A stretch of DNA of 64,000 nucleotides from Pseudomonadota bacterium. GTDB taxonomy: Bacteria > Pseudomonadota > Gammaproteobacteria > Burkholderiales > Burkholderiaceae_D. The position numbers and the translations under genes were made by a program. The stretch is from assembly GCA_040385995.1 (NCBI GenBank), contig JAZKGI010000067.1:1429-65428 (forward strand). Reading direction: 5' to 3'. The notes beneath the pieces were generated by a model. That model was not told the origin of the DNA. It saw only the letters and a program-made list of their open reading frames with translations, and searched no databases. Every line of letters begins with the position of its first letter. Positions within the stretch are counted from its first letter, which is position 1. Below, piece after piece: positions 59,427-64,000 of the stretch.

Positions 59427-59522
59427 TGCCGGCTTCGGTATGGGTTCGTCTGTTTTGGACACATACGTTACTTGGTAGTTAAACATCAGCCCCGCCCAAT
59501 CGCAGGTGGGAATGGAGAAAAA

Positions 59523-60179
59523 ATGAGCCTAGGCCTCCTCGGTCGCAAGGTTGGTATGATGCGCATCTTTACGGATGAAGGGGATTCGATTCCTGTCACC
59601 GTGTTGGACGTGTCGAACAATCGTGTTGCGCAAATCAAAACTCCTGAAACAGACGGATATTTCGCTGTTCAGGTCGCTTTCGGTCAACGTCGCGCTTCCC
59701 GCGTGAATAAATCGATTGCCGGTCACCACGCCAAAGCGGGTGTCGAAGCGGGAACGATGTTGAAGGAATTCCGTGTCGATGCCGCCCAAGCCGCCGAACT
59801 CAAAGCGGGCGACGTGGTTGCCGCTTCGCTGTTCGAAGTCGGTCAAAAGATCGACGTGCAAGGTATTTCCATCGGTAAGGGTTACGCTGGCGTTATCAAG
59901 CGTTACCACTTCGCTTCCGGCCGCGCAACCCACGGTAACTCGCGTTCGCACAATGTACCAGGCTCGATCGGTATGGCGCAGGATCCAGGTCGTGTTTTCC
60001 CTGGTAAGCGCATGACCGGTCACCTCGGTGATGCTACCCGTACCGTACAGAATCTCGTAATCGCCCGTATCGATGCCGACCGTCAGCTGCTGCTGGTCAA
60101 AGGCGCCGTACCAGGTGCGAAAAATGGCCAGGTGATCGTATCGCCAGCCATTAAATCCAAAGTTCAGAAGGGAGCTTAA
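59523..60179 (+). CDS. rplC: 50S ribosomal protein L3
   Basis: [28 protein letters not shown] from ATG 59523 (GGAGAAAAA RBS). Confidence 0.97.
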   Translation: MSLGLLGRKVGMMRIFTDEGDSIPVTVLDVSNNRVAQIKTPETDGYFAVQVAFGQRRASRVNKSIAGHHAKAGVEAGTMLKEFRVDAAQAAELKAGDVVAASLFEVGQKIDVQGISIGKGYAGVIKRYHFASGRATHGNSRSHNVPGSIGMAQDPGRVFPGKRMTGHLGDATRTVQNLVIARIDADRQLLLVKGAVPGAKNGQVIVSPAIKSKVQKGA

Positions 60180-60181
60180 TT

Positions 60182-60802
60182 ATGGAACTCAAGCTTCTGA
60201 ATGAGCAAGGACAAGCAGGTTCGAACGTCGCTGCTGCCGATACCGTTTTCGGCCGTGACTACAACGAAGCCCTGATTCACCAGATCGTGGTCGCCTACGC
60301 CGCTAACGCGCGTTCGGGCAACCGCAAGCAGAAAGACCGTGAAGAAGTCCACCACACGACGAAAAAGCCTTGGCGCCAAAAAGGTACCGGCCGCGCGCGT
60401 GCTGGTATGTCGTCCTCGCCTCTGTGGCGCGGCGGCGGTCGGATTTTCCCGAACTCGCCTGACGAAAACTTCACCCACAAAGTCAACAAGAAGATGTATC
60501 GCGCAGGTATCTGCTCGATCCTGTCCCAGCTGGCACGTGAAGAGCGTCTGGTTGTGGTCGAAAGCCTGAGCATCGATGCTCCGAAGACCAAGCTGCTGTC
60601 GCAAAAACTGCAGGGCATGGGTCTGGAATCGGTCATGATCATCACCGACAATCTGGAAGAAAACCTGCTGCTGGCATCGCGTAACCTGCCGCACGTGCTC
60701 GTCGTTGAGCCACGTCACGCTGACCCGATGTCGCTGGTGTTCTACAAAAAAGTCGTGGTCACCAAAGCAGCACTGGCCATGCTTGAGGAGATGTTCGCAT
60801 GA
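60182..60802 (+). CDS. rplD: 50S ribosomal protein L4
   Basis: [10 protein letters not shown]...[15 protein letters not shown]. Confidence 0.97.
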   Translation: MELKLLNEQGQAGSNVAAADTVFGRDYNEALIHQIVVAYAANARSGNRKQKDREEVHHTTKKPWRQKGTGRARAGMSSSPLWRGGGRIFPNSPDENFTHKVNKKMYRAGICSILSQLAREERLVVVESLSIDAPKTKLLSQKLQGMGLESVMIITDNLEENLLLASRNLPHVLVVEPRHADPMSLVFYKKVVVTKAALAMLEEMFA

Positions 60803-61116
60803 GCGGCGTAATCAAATTCAGCGAAGAGCGCCTGATGAAGGTGCTCCAGGCGCCGGTCATTTCCGAGAAGGCCACCATGGTCGCGGAAAAGAACGAGCAG
60901 ATCGTGTTCCGCGTATTGCCGGATGCGACCAAGCCTGAAATCAAGGCAGCCGTTGAACTGTTGTTCAAGGTTGAAGTCCTGTCGGTGCAGACAGCCAATC
61001 GCGAAGGTAAGCAAAAGCGTTCGGGCCGTTTCAATGGCCGTCGCAACCATACCAAGCGTGCTTTCGTGTGCCTGAAGCCTGGCCAGGAAATCAACTTCTC
61101 CGAGGAGGCTAAATAA
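60799..61116 (+). CDS. rplW: 50S ribosomal protein L23
   Basis: [17 protein letters not shown]... Overlaps the rplD stop. Confidence 0.97.
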   Translation: MSGVIKFSEERLMKVLQAPVISEKATMVAEKNEQIVFRVLPDATKPEIKAAVELLFKVEVLSVQTANREGKQKRSGRFNGRRNHTKRAFVCLKPGQEINFSEEAK

Positions 61117-61943
61117 TGGCACTCGTAAAGATGAAACCAACCTCACCAGGCCGTCGTGGCATGGTGAAAGTTGTGAACCCGGACCTGTACAAAGGTCGTC
61201 CGTTCGCAGCCCTGGTTGAAAAGAAATCGAAAACTGCCGGCCGTAACAACAACGGTCACATCACCACCCGCCACATCGGCGGTGGTCACAAGCAGCACTA
61301 TCGCCTGATCGACTTCAAGCGTCAGAAGGATGGCATTCCGGCAAAGGTCGAGCGTATCGAATACGATCCAAACCGTACCGCGAACATCGCCCTGCTGTGC
61401 TATGCAGACGGTGAGCGCCAGTACATCATCGCGACCAAGGGCATGTCCGTTGGCGATTCGGTGATGAACGGTTCGGAAGCGCCTATCAAGTCGGGCAACT
61501 GCCTGCCTATCCGTAACATCCCGGTCGGTACCGTGATGCACTGTGTCGAAATGCTGCCAGGTAAGGGTGCCCAGATGGCCCGTACCGCCGGCGCCGGCGT
61601 GGTCTTGATGGCGCGCGAAGGCGTCTACGCCCAGGTGCGCTTGCGCTCGGGCGAAGTGCGTCGCGTGCATATCGAATGCCGCGCCACGGTGGGCGAAGTC
61701 GGTAACGGCGAGCACAACCTGCGTAAGATCGGTAAAGCCGGCGCCATGCGCTGGCGCGGTGTGCGGCCTACCGTGCGCGGTGTGGTCATGAATCCGGTCG
61801 ATCACCCGCACGGTGGTGGTGAAGGTAAAACAGCAGCTGGTCGTCATCCAGTTTCGCCGTGGGGCCAACAGACGAAGGGTAAGAAAACGCGCCGTAACAA
61901 GCGCACGACTTCCATGATCGTCTCGCGCCGCGGCAAGAAATAA
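61116..61943 (+). CDS. rplB: 50S ribosomal protein L2
   Basis: [17 protein letters not shown]...HPHGGGEG. Confidence 0.98.
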   Translation: MALVKMKPTSPGRRGMVKVVNPDLYKGRPFAALVEKKSKTAGRNNNGHITTRHIGGGHKQHYRLIDFKRQKDGIPAKVERIEYDPNRTANIALLCYADGERQYIIATKGMSVGDSVMNGSEAPIKSGNCLPIRNIPVGTVMHCVEMLPGKGAQMARTAGAGVVLMAREGVYAQVRLRSGEVRRVHIECRATVGEVGNGEHNLRKIGKAGAMRWRGVRPTVRGVVMNPVDHPHGGGEGKTAAGRHPVSPWGQQTKGKKTRRNKRTTSMIVSRRGKK

Positions 61944-61953
61944 GGGGTAGCAC

Positions 61954-62229
61954 ATGACACGTTCATTGAAAAAAGGGCCGTTCTGTGACGCCCACCTGGT
62001 GAAAAAAGTTGAAGCCGCGCAAGCGATCAAAGACAAAAAGCCGATCAAAACCTGGTCCCGTCGTTCGACCATCATGCCTGACTTTATCGGCCTGACGATC
62101 GCGGTGCATAACGGCAAGCTGCACGTGCCGGTTTATGTTTCCGAAAACATGGTTGGTCACAAGCTCGGCGAATTCGCATTGACCCGTACCTTCAAGGGCC
62201 ATGCAGCTGACAAAAAGGCTAAGAAATAA
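61954..62229 (+). CDS. rpsS: 30S ribosomal protein S19
   Basis: [15 protein letters not shown]... Confidence 0.98.
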   Translation: MTRSLKKGPFCDAHLVKKVEAAQAIKDKKPIKTWSRRSTIMPDFIGLTIAVHNGKLHVPVYVSENMVGHKLGEFALTRTFKGHAADKKAKK

Positions 62230-62558
62230 TGGAAACCAAAGCTATTCTCAAGGGTGTGCGCTTGTCGGATCAAAAAGGCCGCCTGGTCGCTGATCTGATC
62301 CGCGGCAAGAAGGTCGATGCCGCGCTCAACATCTTGCAGTTCAGCCCGAAAAAAGGCGCTGCCATCATCAAGCGTGTGCTCGAATCGGCGATCGCCAATG
62401 CCGAGCACAACGATGGCGCCGACATCGACGAGCTGAAAGTGACGACGATTTACGTCGAAAAGGGTCCGGTCTTGAAGCGCTTCACCGCGCGCGCCAAGGG
62501 CCGGGGTGATCGTATCTCAAAACAATCCTGTCACATTTACGTGACTGTCGGTAACTAA
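62229..62558 (+). CDS. rplV: 50S ribosomal protein L22
   Basis: [26 protein letters not shown]... Confidence 0.97.
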   Translation: METKAILKGVRLSDQKGRLVADLIRGKKVDAALNILQFSPKKGAAIIKRVLESAIANAEHNDGADIDELKVTTIYVEKGPVLKRFTARAKGRGDRISKQSCHIYVTVGN

Positions 62559-62567
62559 GGAGTCACG

Positions 62568-63416
62568 ATGGGACAGAAGATACATCCAACAGGCTTTCGC
62601 CTTTCGGTGACCCGTAACTGGGCCTCGCGTTGGTATGCAGGCAACGGCAATTTCGCTGCCATGCTCAACGAAGATCTGAAAGCGCGCGCTTACCTGAAAA
62701 AGAAACTGAAGAACGCTTCGGTGGGCCGCATCGTCATCGAGCGTCCGGCCAAGAACGCGCGCTTCACGATCTACAGTTCGCGCCCCGGCGTGGTCATTGG
62801 TAAAAAAGGCGAGGACATCGAAGTTCTGAAAGCCGCTTTGACCAAGATCATGGGTGTGCCCGTGCACGTCAATATCGAAGAGATCCGCAAGCCGGAAATC
62901 GATTCGCAATTGATCGCCGATTCGATCGCCCAGCAGCTGGAAAAGCGCATCATGTTCCGCCGCGCGATGAAACGGGCCATGCAAAACGCCATGCGTCTGG
63001 GTGCCCTGGGCATCAAGATCATGTCGTCGGGTCGTCTGAACGGTATCGAAATCGCTCGTAAAGAGTGGTACCGCGAAGGCCGTGTGCCTCTGCACACCCT
63101 GCGCGCCGATATCGACTACGGTACCAGCGAAGCAGCAACGACCTACGGCATCATCGGCGTCAAGGTCTGGGTATACAAGGGTGACCGCGCGCCAAACGGC
63201 GATGCACCAGTCATCGATACCCCGGCTGACGAGAAGAAGAGCCGCGGCCCGCGCCGTGACGATGGCAAACCAGCTGGCCGTCCGCGTCCAGCCGGCGCCC
63301 CTGGCCGTCCAGGTTCAACCCCAACTGGCGCTCCAGTCGTCCGTGCTCGTCCTGCAGTGGCAGTGAAGAAGCCGGAAGCGGCTGCTGCTGCACCAGCTGA
63401 GAAAGCAGGAGAATAA
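62568..63416 (+). CDS. rpsC: 30S ribosomal protein S3 (with Lys/Pro/Ala-rich C-terminal extension)
   Basis: [12 protein letters not shown]...KH and S3-C domains. 282 aa. Confidence 0.97.
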   Translation: MGQKIHPTGFRLSVTRNWASRWYAGNGNFAAMLNEDLKARAYLKKKLKNASVGRIVIERPAKNARFTIYSSRPGVVIGKKGEDIEVLKAALTKIMGVPVHVNIEEIRKPEIDSQLIADSIAQQLEKRIMFRRAMKRAMQNAMRLGALGIKIMSSGRLNGIEIARKEWYREGRVPLHTLRADIDYGTSEAATTYGIIGVKVWVYKGDRAPNGDAPVIDTPADEKKSRGPRRDDGKPAGRPRPAGAPGRPGSTPTGAPVVRARPAVAVKKPEAAAAAPAEKAGE

Positions 63417-63418
63417 CC

Positions 63419-63838
63419 ATGCTGCAACCAGCACGCAGGAAGTATCGTAAAGAGCAGAAAGGCCGTAACACCGGCATTTCGCACACCCGCGGCACCGCTG
63501 TCTCGTTCGGTGAATTCGGTCTGAAGGCAGTTGCCCGCGGCCGTATCACGGCACGTCAGATCGAAGCAGCACGTCGCGCCATGACCCGTCACATCAAGCG
63601 CGGTGGTCGTATTTGGATCCGTATTTTCCCGGACAAGCCAATTTCGAACAAGCCAGCTGAAGTTCGTATGGGTAACGGTAAAGGCAATCCAGAGTACTAC
63701 GTCGCTGAAATTCAGCCAGGCAAAGTACTGTACGAGATGGACGGCGTCGACGAGACTTTGGCACGTGAAGCGTTCCGTCTGGCCGCAGCCAAACTGCCAC
63801 TGGCGACGACGTTTGTCATCCGCCAAGTCGGCCAATAA
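63419..63838 (+). CDS. rplP: 50S ribosomal protein L16
   Basis: [17 protein letters not shown]... Confidence 0.98.
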   Translation: MLQPARRKYRKEQKGRNTGISHTRGTAVSFGEFGLKAVARGRITARQIEAARRAMTRHIKRGGRIWIRIFPDKPISNKPAEVRMGNGKGNPEYYVAEIQPGKVLYEMDGVDETLAREAFRLAAAKLPLATTFVIRQVGQ

Positions 63839-63850
63839 AAGGAGTTGTAT

Positions 63851-64000
63851 ATGAAAGCAACAGAACTCCGCGGCAAAGACCAGGCAGCTCTCCAGAAAGA
63901 GCTGAATGACTTGTTGAAGGCACAGTTCGGCATGCGCATGCAAATCGCTACGCAACAGCTGAACAACACTTCGCAACTCAAGAAGGTACGCCGCGATATC
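63851..64000 (+). CDS. rpmC: 50S ribosomal protein L29 (3'-truncated by window edge)
   Basis: ATG 63851 after GGAG. It translates as [31 protein letters not shown]... Not in the ORF track because no stop lies inside the window. Confidence 0.9.
   Translation, partial: MKATELRGKDQAALQKELNDLLKAQFGMRMQIATQQLNNTSQLKKVRRDI

Noticed and set aside
52731-59522. Mobile element (transposon or integrative element) annotation for the rpsJ/rplC insert
   Set aside because: No transposase, integrase, tRNA attachment site or terminal inverted repeats were seen. There is only a short imperfect direct repeat.

Overview
High-GC (roughly 65%) betaproteobacterial chromosome segment. Gene content and protein sequences look Oxalobacteraceae-like (Massilia/Duganella/Janthinobacterium), which is an inference only. 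All family calls come from motifs recalled from memory; nothing was searched.

Gene content, left to right:
- (1) 1-9 kb: secreted fungal-cell-wall hydrolases: GH64-like beta-1,3-glucanase, GH18 chitinase with three CBM5/12-like modules, and a GH87-like alpha-1,3-glucanase. A wHTH protein, an HDOD protein and a GT28 glycolipid synthase are interspersed.
- (2) 9-13 kb: three peptidase-like genes (DUF885, M48, retropepsin-like).
- (3) 13-17 kb: an Lrp > HPP/CBS operon, divergent from a NifS - degenerate MBL - rhodanese fusion.
- (4) 17.4-26.1 kb: a single 2922-aa cyclic beta-1,2-glucan synthase (NdvB/ChvB type).
- (5) 26-47 kb: mixed accessory genes: DsbA-like, LigB dioxygenase, LysR, GGDEF, a GDT1/UPF0016 transporter behind a candidate Mn2+ (yybP-ykoY) riboswitch, a frameshifted M1 aminopeptidase, a serine hydrolase, a low-GC orphan gene, methyltransferases, an MCP with an orphan sugar-binding protein, an FxDxF PEP-CTERM protein, MFS/DeoR, an SDR and a phosphoethanolamine transferase.
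- (6) 47.7-64 kb: the str/S10 ribosomal cluster (rpsL rpsG fusA tuf rpsJ ... rplC rplD rplW rplB rpsS rplV rpsC rplP rpmC).

Most notable observations:
- The S10 operon is physically split between rpsJ and rplC by a ~6.8 kb insertion carrying an AraC regulator, a low-GC orphan gene and creBCD. A perfect terminator follows rpsJ, a consensus-like promoter precedes rplC, and a short direct repeat flanks the insert.
- GC-rich tandem repeats with a 15-bp period recur at six or more loci: two intergenic and four as in-frame pentapeptide expansions.
- A 14-bp tandem duplication frameshifts the M1 aminopeptidase.

No tRNA, rRNA, CRISPR array, transposase, integrase or recognisable defence system was seen. 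I cannot point to a clear multi-gene novel system; the candidates are ranked in the findings.
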